Positions 1-11,057 are shown, counted from the stretch's first letter. The stretch: 64,000 bases of DNA from Carpediemonas membranifera BICM (GCA_019828565.1 JAHDYR010000053.1:904272-968271); one strand, 5' to 3'. Program-made: numbers and translations. The notes: a model not told the origin generated them from the letters alone.

Positions 1-1007
1 GCCGCGAAGTCATCACCACGCTCGTCTCCGTGGTCGACGGCAAGGGCCTCATTCCCTCCCAGCTGCTCGAGCTCCTCCGCGTGTTCAGGCAAATGTCTGT
101 CACCCGCTTCCAGCCGCTGTTGACGGCCCTGGCAGACTGCGGGGCGATCGAGGCGATCGTACCGCTCCTGTCTGAGCAGACGATCGACTGCTACAACCGG
201 ACATATCCCGAATGCGTTCCGGCCCCCGCCCAGACCGTGTGGAACCATATTGTATTCATCCTTTACTACACGTGCAAGCTCAACCCTGACCGCCTCTCTC
301 TCGCAGCCATGCACGGGCTGTACAGCTATCTTGCCGTCATTGCAACCTCGAGTCGGGTCGCAGTCAAGGAGTTCGCACTCCCTATGTTGTTCGAGATCCC
401 CAGGTTGTTGGACAACCCGAAGCAGCGTGCCCGCATCAACCTCGGGGAGATGTCACCCTCGGTACTCTTCGAACTGCTCCGAGACCCGACCCGCTGCACC
501 CACGCCCTCGACGCCCTCGTCGCCTGGTGCCGGGCAGGGGGTAAGAAGGGGAAGGAGAACGCCGTCCGGACCCACATACTCAAGGACAGTACGTTCACGA
601 CCAGCGACGGCGACACGTCAGCGCTGGGTCTGATCATCGGCGTCAGCAAGCTTCTCGAGACCCAGGGCGAGCGGTATATCAAGTACATGGCTACCAGCGG
701 CGAGCTCCTGAGGCTTGATGCTGACATCCGAAACAAGGTAATCCAGCATAACAACTTCGAGTTCGTCCGGATGCTCGTCCGGACGCTACTGGAGGGCAAG
801 GTGCCCATTACGGCCCAGAACGAGGTCTCTAAGATCTTGTCTCTCGTATTTGTTCAGAGCGATGATCTCCTTGAGCTCGGCCACAGCAAGGTGCTCGGGT
901 TCAGGCCCCAGCTTGAGTCGATTGTGAAGGAGAGCAAGAGCATCTTTGTCAAGAAGCGTGTGGAGAAGATCCTCGAGTCCCTGCCTCTCGCCACTGCCTA
1001 CCCATAG
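1..1007 (+). CDS. 5'-truncated C-terminal ARM-like region of a Cdc15/Cdc7/SepA/MAP3K-epsilon-type kinase
   Basis: Frame is open from the window edge to TAG at 1005-1007. The segment 'LYYTCKLNPDRLSLAAMHG...VKEFALPMLFEI...ALDALVAW' resembles the C-terminal tail of MAP3K-epsilon/SepA kinases. The kinase domain is not in the window. Confidence 0.6.
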   Translation, partial: REVITTLVSVVDGKGLIPSQLLELLRVFRQMSVTRFQPLLTALADCGAIEAIVPLLSEQTIDCYNRTYPECVPAPAQTVWNHIVFILYYTCKLNPDRLSLAAMHGLYSYLAVIATSSRVAVKEFALPMLFEIPRLLDNPKQRARINLGEMSPSVLFELLRDPTRCTHALDALVAWCRAGGKKGKENAVRTHILKDSTFTTSDGDTSALGLIIGVSKLLETQGERYIKYMATSGELLRLDADIRNKVIQHNNFEFVRMLVRTLLEGKVPITAQNEVSKILSLVFVQSDDLLELGHSKVLGFRPQLESIVKESKSIFVKKRVEKILESLPLATAYP

Positions 1008-1221
1008 ATTTACTGCGGGGGACGTTCAGGGTTGATTGTGTTTTGTAAATGGATTTGACTGAAGGGGCGTTTCCACCAATGAGGGGTGCTCTTTAAGTCC
1101 TCCGAGGGACAGTGGAGGGTGTTACATCCATGTATAACCGACGTTGAGCTCGGGCTGGGCCCCTTTTCATCGTCGCATTTTAAGGTTCCAAAACTGTTAT
1201 TGTCGGTAGTTCTCGCCATTC

Positions 1222-2670
1222 ATGGGCAATGTGGTGTCCCAGGACGGCTTTATGCGACGATATATTCTAGAAGAGTATGAACGGCAAGTGGAAACGGCTG
1301 AATCGATTAACGTGGCCGAGCTTATGCTCATGGAGTCCCCAGACCATGTTAAGATCGACTGGAAACATTGGGGAATCCTGTACTGCCTTGACGAGGATAG
1401 AGATGGCCGGTTTGAACTCCACAACTTCTTCAACCTTGTGGAGTATTACAATATCGTCTCGGAAGAATTCAATCAGCGGAACGCCATCCCATTCGTGCAG
1501 GCATGCTGTTCGCTCCTAATGTGGAAGAGTCTAGTCTCCTCTGGCGGCCGTGAACACTTTGTCGACTGGTTCTCCCGCCTCTTTGTCCAGATTGGCGGCG
1601 TCGAGTCATTCGCTGACGTACCCGGCGTCGCCTTCCTCCCTCCCTCGACAGTCCACCACATGTTCGATATCCTGGACATCGAAGACGCCTTTGGCATTGA
1701 CTATGAGTCGTTCTTCCGGCAGTGTCAGACTGTAGGGGAGGAGGCCGGGCTCATTCCTCTCTGTGTGGAGGAGATCGACGAACATGTGCCCGTGCTGGTC
1801 GCCAAACAGCTTGCATTGCATATGATCAACGGCTTTATCAACCTGGCGGCCGAGGTTGAGGTCGGGTCGACTGGCATCCCTGATTATCCTACAACTTATG
1901 CCGTGGGAGACATACCTCTGCCCAAACCAAGGGTCCTCGCCCTTAACCTCACTGAGAAGGCTGAGGAGACGCGGCAGCAGAAGTTGAATATGTCAGGAAG
2001 CTTCAATATGTCGGCCACGTTCTCGACGTCGATGCGGAGCCAAGCCAGCACCGCCGCCCCATCAGCGCCCTCGGTCTCCAGGCGCCGTAGCATGGCAGAA
2101 ACCACCCCACAGCGAGCCAAGCCATCCCCGTCAACTGGCGGCCGGCGGCCAAGCCTTCATGTCTCCCCGAAACCCTCCCCAGCTGCCTTCACTCCCGAGA
2201 AGAAACCTGCACCCAAACGGCGGCCCAGTGTTGCCCGGGCTGCGGTGCCTATGCTGCCGGTGTCCTCTGTCGTCGTCCCTGAAGGCAGCAGTCTGCCCCT
2301 GCCCTCGCCCCAACGCCGGCCCCCCAACACGGACACGGGCAGCAGGAGGACTCGCGACAGCACACTGGCCCAACCACTCGAGAGACGGCCTGCTACACGG
2401 GCCAGCCGACACGCGTCGACCCGCATGACGGGTGTGGACTTTGGACCCGTCCGCAGGGCAAACACAGTCATGGGGTTCCGGAGCGGTGTGCCTGTTATCC
2501 CCGAGCAACACGCCCTCACTACGTCCTCGGCTGCGAGTCTGGCTGCCCGTATGGCCGAGTCGGCCGGGCAGGGGGCTGGGTCAAAAATACCTAGGGCAAC
2601 CCCGGCCAAGTTCAGACCTGGATTTATTGGAAATGCGACAGCGAAGTTTACCGAACTAAGCCTTGGTTAG
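1222..2670 (+). CDS. EF-hand-containing protein with possible N-myristoylation and a low-complexity S/P/R-rich tail
   Basis: 482-aa ORF; MGNVVS fits MGxxxS; DEDRDGRFELHNF is EF-hand-like. Confidence 0.6.
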   Translation: MGNVVSQDGFMRRYILEEYERQVETAESINVAELMLMESPDHVKIDWKHWGILYCLDEDRDGRFELHNFFNLVEYYNIVSEEFNQRNAIPFVQACCSLLMWKSLVSSGGREHFVDWFSRLFVQIGGVESFADVPGVAFLPPSTVHHMFDILDIEDAFGIDYESFFRQCQTVGEEAGLIPLCVEEIDEHVPVLVAKQLALHMINGFINLAAEVEVGSTGIPDYPTTYAVGDIPLPKPRVLALNLTEKAEETRQQKLNMSGSFNMSATFSTSMRSQASTAAPSAPSVSRRRSMAETTPQRAKPSPSTGGRRPSLHVSPKPSPAAFTPEKKPAPKRRPSVARAAVPMLPVSSVVVPEGSSLPLPSPQRRPPNTDTGSRRTRDSTLAQPLERRPATRASRHASTRMTGVDFGPVRRANTVMGFRSGVPVIPEQHALTTSSAASLAARMAESAGQGAGSKIPRATPAKFRPGFIGNATAKFTELSLG

Positions 2671-3205
2671 CAGCATAGCGGTATTTTATTTGTTTATATT
2701 ACACTTGAAACGGTCACTAAAGACTCACTCGATGTCTAGCTGGATGCTCTTGGCCCGCAAAACGTGGTTGAATCCATGTTGCATCATATGACACGGACGC
2801 GTGTGTCGGTGAGTCTTGGGCCCCGGCAGAGCCCTGCTGCCTGTGCTGAACGATTCTTTGTCCCATGGTCCGGGTCAGTTTTCCAGATGAGGACAGACCG
2901 CGAAGAAAACTGTGATAAGTATGAAGCTATCCATGTCACATCCTCTTATCATGTCAACACTGGGCCGGCCGCCACACCAAGCCGGTCCGTCCCCTTCTCC
3001 ACAAAAGCACTGCCGTCGCATATTTTTAGCACACAACCATGGCCCCTACCCGGTTCATACCCTCGCAACCCCTGCTCAGCCGGTAGTGTTGACAAACTCA
3101 GCTCGTCTACATGAGGTTGTTGTGTGATATCCAGAATATCGAGGTGCAGGTTTCGCGAGTTGCGAGTTGCTGACGTCATCTTCTTCTGGTTTAACGGAGC
3201 ATCAA

Positions 3206-4177
3206 ATGAACCAATATGTGCACCATTCGAGACAAACCAGTGTTACTTTCGCATTAATCCTTCTTACTGTCGTGTTGGCCTTCTGCGACGTCTCTTCGTA
3301 CCAACATCGCCCCGCAGTCGGTATTCTGACCACTCCTCTTCCAGATGAGCTTTCCCACTACGGCAACGCCATTATTCCTGGCTCCTACGTTAAGTGGCTG
3401 GATCAGGGTGGCCATCGAGTCGTCTTTATTCCATACGAGATCGAAGAACGCGAGCTCGCCTACATTCTTCCCAGTCTGAGCGGCGTGGTTCTTCCTGGTG
3501 GATGGGGCATGCCGAGCCTATCACCGAAGGACCCAAAGGACATCGCCCAGCATCGTACGATGAAGCAGATCTACGACTATGCCATGGGGATGAATCGGGC
3601 AGGAAACCCCTTCGCTATTTGGGCTGTGTGCCTCGGGTTCGAATACACTGCCATTCTAGCTGCAGGCAAGAACATCTTAACGACTACGGACTCCCAAAAC
3701 ACCCAGGATCCCTTGTGGGCTGGCGACATTGAGGGAACACGTCTACTCGGGGCCTTGAGCGATGAAATGGTCGCCTCAGCCTTCAAGGATCCTCTCTTTG
3801 TCAACTACCACAGATACGGCGTCCTGCCCGGTGACTTTAATGTCTATGCCGGTGATGATTGGCGCATCGTGGCAACCCAACTCGATCGCCAGGGCCTTGA
3901 GTACGTCGCAGCCATCGAACACACCGATTATCCGATCTACGGTGTCCAGTGGCACCCCGAGCGGGCGGGCTATGAGGCAAGACCATCCTTCCCTGACGTC
4001 CCGACTGCATTGAAGTCGATGCACGTGAGTCATCACATGAGCATGGTGTTTGCTGAAGAGACACGGAAGAGCCCGGCGGAGTACAAGCTTGGAAACGAGC
4101 TGCTTGCTCAGAGCTACATCGAGGTGGTCCTGAACACCCCAAAGGATCTGCCCTTCGAGACGGCGTACTTCTTCTAG
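3206..4177 (+). CDS. GGH: gamma-glutamyl hydrolase (peptidase C26), secreted or lysosomal
   Basis: Hydrophobic signal segment, RPAVGILT, IPGSYVKWL, GVVLPGG, catalytic VCLGFE, YGVQWHPE; first in-frame ATG at 3206. Confidence 0.9.
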   Translation: MNQYVHHSRQTSVTFALILLTVVLAFCDVSSYQHRPAVGILTTPLPDELSHYGNAIIPGSYVKWLDQGGHRVVFIPYEIEERELAYILPSLSGVVLPGGWGMPSLSPKDPKDIAQHRTMKQIYDYAMGMNRAGNPFAIWAVCLGFEYTAILAAGKNILTTTDSQNTQDPLWAGDIEGTRLLGALSDEMVASAFKDPLFVNYHRYGVLPGDFNVYAGDDWRIVATQLDRQGLEYVAAIEHTDYPIYGVQWHPERAGYEARPSFPDVPTALKSMHVSHHMSMVFAEETRKSPAEYKLGNELLAQSYIEVVLNTPKDLPFETAYFF

Positions 4178-4279
4178 TGTGACAATACATATATACACGC
4201 GCAACATGTAAATGACCGGATGTAGAGAGAGTATAATTGAACCCAGAACATATAAATCATAGAGAAACTTTACAAACGC

Positions 4280-5695
4280 CTACTCCATAGCGGCGAGCTC
4301 CTTGATGTTGCTGAACTCCTCGTATGGGATCGAATACTCGGTGAGCTTGGCCCTGTACGTTGCCAGCGCGTCGTTGTGCATCTTACGCACCCTGGCGAGC
4401 TCGATGTGCAGGTTCTGGATGATCCTGTTCTTGCCCTCCATGAGGTCCTCGAGCTTCTTCCGGGCCGTGCCGAGCACCGAGGAGTCCAGATTGGCCGCCT
4501 TCAGCACCTCGCTCAGCTGGGCGTCGCGCTTCTCCATCTCGTTGACGGCCGTGTTGAGCTTCTGCTTGAGGATCTCCTCCCGCATTACACCCCGGCTCTC
4601 GACCTCGTGCACGGCGTCCTCGAAGTTTGAGTACAGCTCGTCCCGCTCGTCCTGGAGCGCGCTGAATGCCTGAGACAGCTCCTCCTTCTCCCACTCCAGC
4701 GCCCTCGTCCTGCTCTCGAGCACGGCGACCCTCGCCCGGGCCGCCTTCAGGCTGTCCTTGTCCTTGTCGTAGTTCGTCAGCTGCACCTTCTGGTCCTCGA
4801 CGTTCTTGAGGGCGCGGTGCAGCGGGTCAGCCAGCCTGCGGTTCTCCTGGGCAATCTCGAACATGAGCTTCTCGTTGGCGGCCTCTTTCTTCTTCATCTC
4901 CGCAAGCTCCTCCTTGAGTGTCTTGATGAGGTCCATGTTGTTGTGGGTGATGTCGTTATAGTACGCCTTGATCTCTTGGTATGCCGTCGCATGCTTCTTC
5001 ATGAGCGCGTTGATGTGTGCGTTCTTACGCTCCTCTACCTCGTGGATCTCGGCCTTTCGCTTCAGCTCAAGCTCCTCGGACAGCTCCCGGCTACGCTTCT
5101 CCCACCGTTGCAGGGCCTCCTGCATCTGCCGCTCGTGCTCCTGCCGCAGCATCGTGACGTTTCGGTCGTACTCCTGACGCAGGTTGTCGACAAGCTCCTG
5201 GTTGCCGAGCTCCATCTCGCGCATGTTGCGGAGGACCTGCCGTTTGTCGTCATTGATCTCGGCTTCGGCGTCCTGGTGGTCGTTGGCGGCTGCACGGAGC
5301 ATCTCCTCGTGCTGGATCGACTGCTCCGCGAGCTGTGAGTGGTTGACGTACAGAAGGTCCTTGGTCGCCTGCTGGTACACTTTCACCTGCACGCTGTGGC
5401 GCTCCATCAGCTCCTGCAGCTCGCGTTCCTTGCTCTTGATCTGTGCCTTGGATTCCTCAAGCCGGTTCACAGTGGCCTCGTACAGCTGCTGGATCTTGTC
5501 GCGTTCGGCCTGATAGTAGTTGCGCTCCTTGGATTCAAGCTCGCGCTGCTGCTGCTCGTTCTCGAACTCGGTTTTCAGGTCATCATATTGCTTCTGGAGT
5601 TCCTCAAGCTTGGAGGGCCCGGTTTCCCCCTTAACGCCCTTCTTCCCCTTCTTTCCCTTCTTACCCTTCTTTCCCTTCTTTCCCTTGGGCGGCAT
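4280..5695 (-). CDS. DRC4: dynein regulatory complex subunit 4 (GAS8/trypanin)
   Basis: MPPKGKKGKK N-terminus, ERNYYQAERDKI, EIHEVEERKNAHINALMKKH, IKAYYNDITHNN. Confidence 0.95.
   Translation of the reverse strand: MPPKGKKGKKGKKGKKGKKGVKGETGPSKLEELQKQYDDLKTEFENEQQQRELESKERNYYQAERDKIQQLYEATVNRLEESKAQIKSKERELQELMERHSVQVKVYQQATKDLLYVNHSQLAEQSIQHEEMLRAAANDHQDAEAEINDDKRQVLRNMREMELGNQELVDNLRQEYDRNVTMLRQEHERQMQEALQRWEKRSRELSEELELKRKAEIHEVEERKNAHINALMKKHATAYQEIKAYYNDITHNNMDLIKTLKEELAEMKKKEAANEKLMFEIAQENRRLADPLHRALKNVEDQKVQLTNYDKDKDSLKAARARVAVLESRTRALEWEKEELSQAFSALQDERDELYSNFEDAVHEVESRGVMREEILKQKLNTAVNEMEKRDAQLSEVLKAANLDSSVLGTARKKLEDLMEGKNRIIQNLHIELARVRKMHNDALATYRAKLTEYSIPYEEFSNIKELAAME
5640..5686 (-). 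repeat. coding 9-bp tandem repeat encoding (KKG)n in the DRC4 N-terminus
   Basis: About 5 ttctttccc-like units on the + strand. Confidence 0.8.
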
Positions 5696-5991
5696 TCCGT
5701 TCAGTCTTGTCTTCAGGGTGTATTCTGCAGTTTAACACCAGAAATTTTAACTCAGCTGAATCGAGCACGCCAGTGATACACATGCTCTTGCATGGTTCTC
5801 TTCACCACACAGCCAGTTTTTACGTCTTCGTTGTCCTTTGCTTGTCTAGAGTCAAATGATCTCAAGTAATGTCAAATCAAGCAGAGAAAACTAATGCGTA
5901 TAGTAGGCTTGTCATCTTAGGCACACATTCCGCTGTCGGCAACGCTTCATCCAGCATCCCGCATTTTATGGCCTGTTCAAACTGAACGAAG

Positions 5992-6368
5992 ATGGCAAAC
6001 GAAGGCGAGAAGGTTCAGGAACAGCCAGTGGCTGAGAAGAAGGAAGTACAGGTTCTTTCTGTAATGAATAGCATTCTTTCTAGGCCCGAGGACAAGTCCA
6101 GGCAAGTTTGTAATCATTTCTTTCCGTTACTCAGGAGAAGATCAAGAAGGCGAAAAAGGCAGAAGATGACAAGGTCTTTGAGTCTCTTGTTCGCAAAGAG
6201 ATCTCCATGGAGCGCCGCCAGAAGCGCGAATCCGTCCACAAGCGGCTCGAGGCGCACCTCAACCCCCAGGAGGTGAACCATCACAAGACGGCGCTTAAGG
6301 GCGTCCTCCGCCTATTCACTGCCATTCAGCAGCGGAGACGCGAGGTTCTCGGCACTGGTGCTATCTGA
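5992..6368 (+). CDS. RRP15: RRP15-like ribosome biogenesis protein (exons 5992-6105, 6135-6368)
   Basis: A 29-nt intron at 6106-6134 (GTTTGT...GTTACTCAG) joins the frames. The product contains VMNSILS and HKTALKGVLRLFTAI, similar to the Rrp15 motif A.rGVv.LFnAv. Confidence 0.65.
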
Positions 6369-6464
6369 ACGCCCACATTTCGGATCAAACGGTAAAAAGC
6401 TCTTTTATTCTCATGGTACAGGCATGCAGGCCATATAGAGACACGGACACCGCCATAGTCCACC

Positions 6465-7046
6465 TCAGCGGCCACTGGGCCACAACGGAGTGACGTTCAT
6501 GGGAGGTTGGTCGCATTCCTGACGGCGGTGGCCTTCACTACCACAGTTGTAGCAGAAGGTAGGCAGTTTGCTGCTTCCGAGAGCCGGAGCACGCTCCTGT
6601 AGCGCCTTGTCGACGGGCAGCTCGAACTTGGGATGACCAAGCTGGCACGTGGGTCCATCAGGGCAGAAACCGGCCATGTAGTTGGGGCAAATAGGCTTAT
6701 TAACGTGACGGAGGCGGCACTTATCACCGTGCTTGCAGAAACCGCGGGCAAAGTAAGGGCATTCCTCCTCCTGCTGGGCGTCGCGGTCCACGTGGCGGTA
6801 CTGGCACTCGTCGTTGTTGCAGAAGCCGTATTGCTTGTTAAAATGGCACTCGGCCATCTTTGCCATGTCGAATACATGCAGATACTTGCACTGATCGCCC
6901 TTCTTACACAGTCCACGCAGGTAATGCTTGCAAATGGTCGTCTGCGTCGGATTACCAAGCGGAATGAGATGTTTCATGGCGCCATTGGGGCCAACCATCT
7001 TATAGAGTTTCGTCTCCAACGGGAGCTCCATCATATCTTCGTCCAT
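6465..7046 (-). CDS. CPSF4: cleavage and polyadenylation specificity factor 30 kDa (CPSF4/Yth1)
   Basis: CCCH fingers (CKHYLRGLCKKGDQCKYLH; CPYFARGFCKHGDKCRLRH; CPNYMAGFCPDGPTCQLGHPKF) plus C-terminal zinc knuckle CYNCGSEGHRRQEC. Confidence 0.93.
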   Translation of the reverse strand: MDEDMMELPLETKLYKMVGPNGAMKHLIPLGNPTQTTICKHYLRGLCKKGDQCKYLHVFDMAKMAECHFNKQYGFCNNDECQYRHVDRDAQQEEECPYFARGFCKHGDKCRLRHVNKPICPNYMAGFCPDGPTCQLGHPKFELPVDKALQERAPALGSSKLPTFCYNCGSEGHRRQECDQPPMNVTPLWPSGR

Positions 7047-7162
7047 CGCCCTCTTTCACAGTATTCTCTCGCACTGAAGCCAAATACATTGGTCATGTAA
7101 CTCATATAAATCCATAGGTTGTCATGAATACAACCGGCAACTCCTAAAACACACTGATTCCT

Positions 7163-8716
7163 TTACATGAAGGGGATTCCAACCTTGGATGCGTACTTGT
7201 GGTAATCCAGAACCTGGCTGGGCAACTCAGCAAGGGTCTGTGCCGCAAGGCCCTGGGGGCTACTAGCATGCTCCCTATAGCTGACGAACTGCACGATATC
7301 GCGCACCATGGTCTTGCTGCCGGACTTCAGCGGGGCAGTGTCCGCGTCGAGCACAGACATCTGTGACATGTCTGCAGAACCGACGCCGACGATGATGATG
7401 GAGAGGGGGGTCTCGGACCCGTCCACGATGCTCTTGATGGTCTGGGCAGCGTCCATGAGCACGCCGTCGGTGAGCACGAGCAGAACCTCGTATGTGCCGG
7501 GGCCTCTGCTGCGGGCGACAGAGGCTCTATTGGCGATGAACTGAGCGAAGAGGGTCGGGCCGGAGAGCTGGACGCTGGAGAGGGCTTGGACGTAGGCAGC
7601 CTCGACGCCAGCCACGCCCTCGACGGTGCCATCGCCGGGGGCAAGGAGGAAGTTGTGCGACACGTTGCCGTTGATCTTACCGCCGAAACCATGGACGGCA
7701 AACCTCTGGGCTGGGTCGTAGGGCGCCAGTATGGAGCCCACGGACCGTATGGCCTGGATGTACTCGTTGGGCTGGTCTGGGTTGCCCATGTAGTGGAGGG
7801 AACGGGGGTCGGAGGGTGCACCGTTGGAGCCGGTGAAGTCGATGGCGATGGAAAGGTGGATGCGGAGGCCCTTCTGTAGGAAGGAGATGAAGGATGGGGC
7901 CTCGTAGACAGCCCACTGCTGGACATGGAGGAAACCACGGGACTTCGTGGCCTTGGAGCCCTTCTTGTTGGGGTTGGTGAATGCCAGGCTCGTGTTGTTG
8001 CGGCTGGCCTCCTCCAGCTCGCGGCACGTCGTCTGGAGCTCGCCCATGAAGTCCGGCGGTGAACCCTCGTCGAAGTCGTAGCATGTTATCTTAAGGGGTC
8101 TGTCTGCATCTCCGAACTTCATCATCGGCACCTCGGCCAGCTTGAACTGGGGCTTGAGCGACTTCTTCACGACCTCTGACTTCCAGAAAGGGGCCCAGTC
8201 GCCGCTCTCCGTGGCCTTGGAGATGACGAGGAAGGGATCAGAACTGAACAGATCCTTCTTCTCGAGCTTGGTGCAGGCGAAGATGAACTTGACGGCAAGG
8301 GAGCTGGCGGCAAGCTGCTCGGCGACAACCTTAATGTGTCCCCGATTCTTGCCGTGAAGCATGAGGTCGGCCTCCCATACTTGGCTGGGGGCACAAAGGA
8401 TCGCTGCAAGCTCGACGGTCTCGGCTTCGCCGATGAGCTGCTGCTTGGCCAGATTGTCGAGATGCTTCTTGCTGTCGCAGTCGTAGGCCTTGAAAGTGAG
8501 AGGCTGAGGCCACTCAAAGTAATACGGGACGATAATCTTCTGAACAAAGCCGCCTGGGTTGCAATTGTCGTCAATTACCTCCGTACGGCCGAGTTCCAGC
8601 ACCTGGCCCTGTGATTTGCCGAAAAGAACGACAAAAGGATCAGTCTGCGACGTGGTGTCGAGTTTCGGGAGTCCTGTCAAGAAAATGCTGAGCTCAACCT
8701 GTCCTGTGGGTTGCAT
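7163..8716 (-). CDS. copine (C2-C2-vWA)
   Basis: Two C2 domains (TDPFVVL, SSDPFLVI), then IAIDFTGSNG, SLHY, LSGPTLF, VLTDG, PLSIIIVGVG, RDIVQFV; ATG start chosen at 8716. Confidence 0.95.
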   Translation of the reverse strand: MQPTGQVELSIFLTGLPKLDTTSQTDPFVVLFGKSQGQVLELGRTEVIDDNCNPGGFVQKIIVPYYFEWPQPLTFKAYDCDSKKHLDNLAKQQLIGEAETVELAAILCAPSQVWEADLMLHGKNRGHIKVVAEQLAASSLAVKFIFACTKLEKKDLFSSDPFLVISKATESGDWAPFWKSEVVKKSLKPQFKLAEVPMMKFGDADRPLKITCYDFDEGSPPDFMGELQTTCRELEEASRNNTSLAFTNPNKKGSKATKSRGFLHVQQWAVYEAPSFISFLQKGLRIHLSIAIDFTGSNGAPSDPRSLHYMGNPDQPNEYIQAIRSVGSILAPYDPAQRFAVHGFGGKINGNVSHNFLLAPGDGTVEGVAGVEAAYVQALSSVQLSGPTLFAQFIANRASVARSRGPGTYEVLLVLTDGVLMDAAQTIKSIVDGSETPLSIIIVGVGSADMSQMSVLDADTAPLKSGSKTMVRDIVQFVSYREHASSPQGLAAQTLAELPSQVLDYHKYASKVGIPFM

Positions 8717-9015
8717 GTTGTGGATTTTGGTGCAGCTTTGCCCCGGCTGACAATCCCGGAAATATCCATTTCTGGATACACCAACCTGAGCCATACGAGT
8801 TGATAATTCATTGAGCAAATTGATGATAGGGTAATACGTTGGGCATTCTTGATGACTCTCAATCGTCACTCGACCCAACGTGAGCCTGACTATCCTAGTG
8901 GTTTGTATGGCTCAACTACCCTTGTACCGTGGTAAACTACTACTACCTGGCCGTCTTCAATTTGACTCTGGTGGAGTGGCGCCATCTCCTGCACTGGCGC
9001 ACAATCCGCTGATCG

Positions 9016-9786
9016 ATGCTCCCATCGCCAGGAGGACGTGTAACACTGTCTTCTCTCACTAACCAGCTAGTAGTAACCATGAATAATGATCCAAATAAGA
9101 CCTTCACGGTTCCAGAGATGAGCACAGCGTGTGATGCTGAACGTAGGCGTGTGTACGACATTGTCAACATCCTTGAGACGGTAGGGCTGCTAACTCTCAT
9201 CGATGAACAGTCTCCAAAGCAGAAAAGCTATGCTCTTTCACTGGAGTCCTTTTTATCACAGTGCTCGGACATGCGCAACTCGACGCAGCTCACACCAACC
9301 GTGATCCACTCGTCTGCCCCAGTCCAGTCCGCCCCATATAGCTCCCAGAACGTTACGATCCTGTATGATGTCAGTGTAGCAGTCTCAATGCCCTCGATGG
9401 ACGATACGCGCTTCTCCATCGGAGCCCTGTCGAAGTACTTCCTTGAATTACTCATTTCGACACACGACCCAGTCACTCTGGACGAGGTGGCTGCGTCTAT
9501 CGCACCAGCGATGGAGCAACGCCGCCGGATTACCCGGAGGCTCTGTGATATTGCAAACGTGCTGTGTGCCACTGGCATCATCTCCCGCTGCTCGCGGTCA
9601 GGGAGCAAGAGGAAGCTGGCGTTCGAGTGGTCTGGCGATGAACTGACTCTCGATCGACTCCTGCAGGGTGAGCTTGAGGAGGTCGACGTCCCGGGTCGCC
9701 CGGACTCCACTGGGTCCAGCCCAGTAGGGAGAATAATCTTTGGGTCTAATTATTTGATGGACCGAACGTTGTTTGGGCCAGGCTAG
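9016..9786 (+). CDS. atypical E2F (E2F7/8/DEL-type) transcription factor with two DNA-binding domains
   Basis: RRRVYDIVNILETVGLL and ITRRLCDIANVLCATGII...FEW. Confidence 0.85.
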   Translation: MLPSPGGRVTLSSLTNQLVVTMNNDPNKTFTVPEMSTACDAERRRVYDIVNILETVGLLTLIDEQSPKQKSYALSLESFLSQCSDMRNSTQLTPTVIHSSAPVQSAPYSSQNVTILYDVSVAVSMPSMDDTRFSIGALSKYFLELLISTHDPVTLDEVAASIAPAMEQRRRITRRLCDIANVLCATGIISRCSRSGSKRKLAFEWSGDELTLDRLLQGELEEVDVPGRPDSTGSSPVGRIIFGSNYLMDRTLFGPG

Positions 9787-9979
9787 GATGAGCTTTCAAT
9801 GCTTATGGTTGTCCGCGTCTTCTAATTAAATAAAAGGCAGATGCACGAAGGCATGCAAACGGACCGAGGGTGATCAGCTGTGTGTGCATGTCCATGCTGC
9901 TGTCGTTGCTCGGCTCCGAATTGAGCGACTCGAAATGGAGTCGAAAGCTGCGCAGAGGCGAGAACACCACCAAAGAGAG

Positions 9980-10357
9980 ATGGCTGATATCGCTAACATC
10001 ATTAGTGGTGCGACTTACGATCCAATGAAGGATCTTGATGGCGTAAAAGACGCACAGGCCGCTGGAAAGGGCAAGGACGGCAAGGAGGTGAAGAAGTCCC
10101 GCATAGTACACGTCCGTATCACTCAGCGTAACGCTCGTAAGTCTGTGACCACTATTGAGGGATTGAACCCTAAGATTAGCGCGAACAAGGTCCTTCGTCA
10201 CTTCAAGAAGACCTTTTCGTGTAACGGCACAATCATCACTCACGATGAGCTGGGCGAAATCATCCAGCTTCAGGGTGACCAGCGTGAGAATGTGTCCAAG
10301 TTCCTCCTTGAGGAGAAGCTTGTGAAGAAGACCAACCTCAAGGTCCACGGTTTCTAA
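9980..10357 (+). CDS. SUI1: translation initiation factor eIF1/SUI1
   Basis: VHVRITQRNARKSVTTIEGL, FKKTFSCNG, IIQLQGDQR, KVHGF. Confidence 0.95.
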   Translation: MADIANIISGATYDPMKDLDGVKDAQAAGKGKDGKEVKKSRIVHVRITQRNARKSVTTIEGLNPKISANKVLRHFKKTFSCNGTIITHDELGEIIQLQGDQRENVSKFLLEEKLVKKTNLKVHGF

Positions 10358-10681
10358 GCGGCGTTCGGATGAGAACTTTAGCGTCATAAATCATCAAGTC
10401 CGATTTAAGCTGGTACTGGTGACGGCATATTGAAGTGCGGGTATGACTGGATATGTCGAGCGACTCATCTTGTATCATTTGTATCAGTCCTCGCCAGATG
10501 GTCGTCGTGGAATTTGAGAAATAAATTTTCGAGGCTTTGGCCGGTATTCACATACGTAGACGGGTCCACTGTGCACCTATTACGCCCGCCGAGCGATCTA
10601 TAGGGCCTCGTTTTATTTAAAAACCATTTTTACCGCAAATGAGGTTTTCCTCAGAGACGATCGATCCCTCGAGCATAACTC

Positions 10682-11057
10682 ATGGCCAAGGTGCGTTCTC
10701 ATGCCTTTAGAGAGCTTATATAGGTTATCAAGATCCGCGAGGACACCCTCAACCTTAAGAAGCGCCTTCACCGTTTGTCTCCGTCGTTCTTTTCTTACTA
10801 CAGGCGTTACTTTCTCCAAGCGCGCCCCCAAGGCCATCAAGGAGCTCCGTGCGTACGCCCACACCTTCTCTCGCGAGGCTGAGGTCCGTATCGACGCCGC
10901 TCTTAACCACTACGTCTGGTCCAAGGGTATCCGCCACCTCCCCAACTCCGTCCGTGTGCGCATGGTTCTCGAGGAGGAGGATGACAAGCACATCATCACC
11001 CTCTCTCACGTCGCTGTCACTAGCTTCAAGGGCCTCCTCACCGAGAAGTGCGAGTAA
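10682..11057 (+). CDS. RPL31: 60S ribosomal protein L31 (exons 10682-10690, 10724-10772, 10804-11057)
   Basis: Introns 10691-10723 (33 nt) and 10773-10803 (31 nt) give MAKVIKIREDTLNLKKRLHRVTFSKRAPKAIKE...VWSKGIRHLPNSVRVR. Confidence 0.93.

Noticed and set aside
6052-6134. Two-intron model for RRP15 using a GC-AG intron (6102-6134)
   Set aside because: A single GTTTGT intron at 6106-6134 fits the local consensus, keeps the frame and retains the ILS motif
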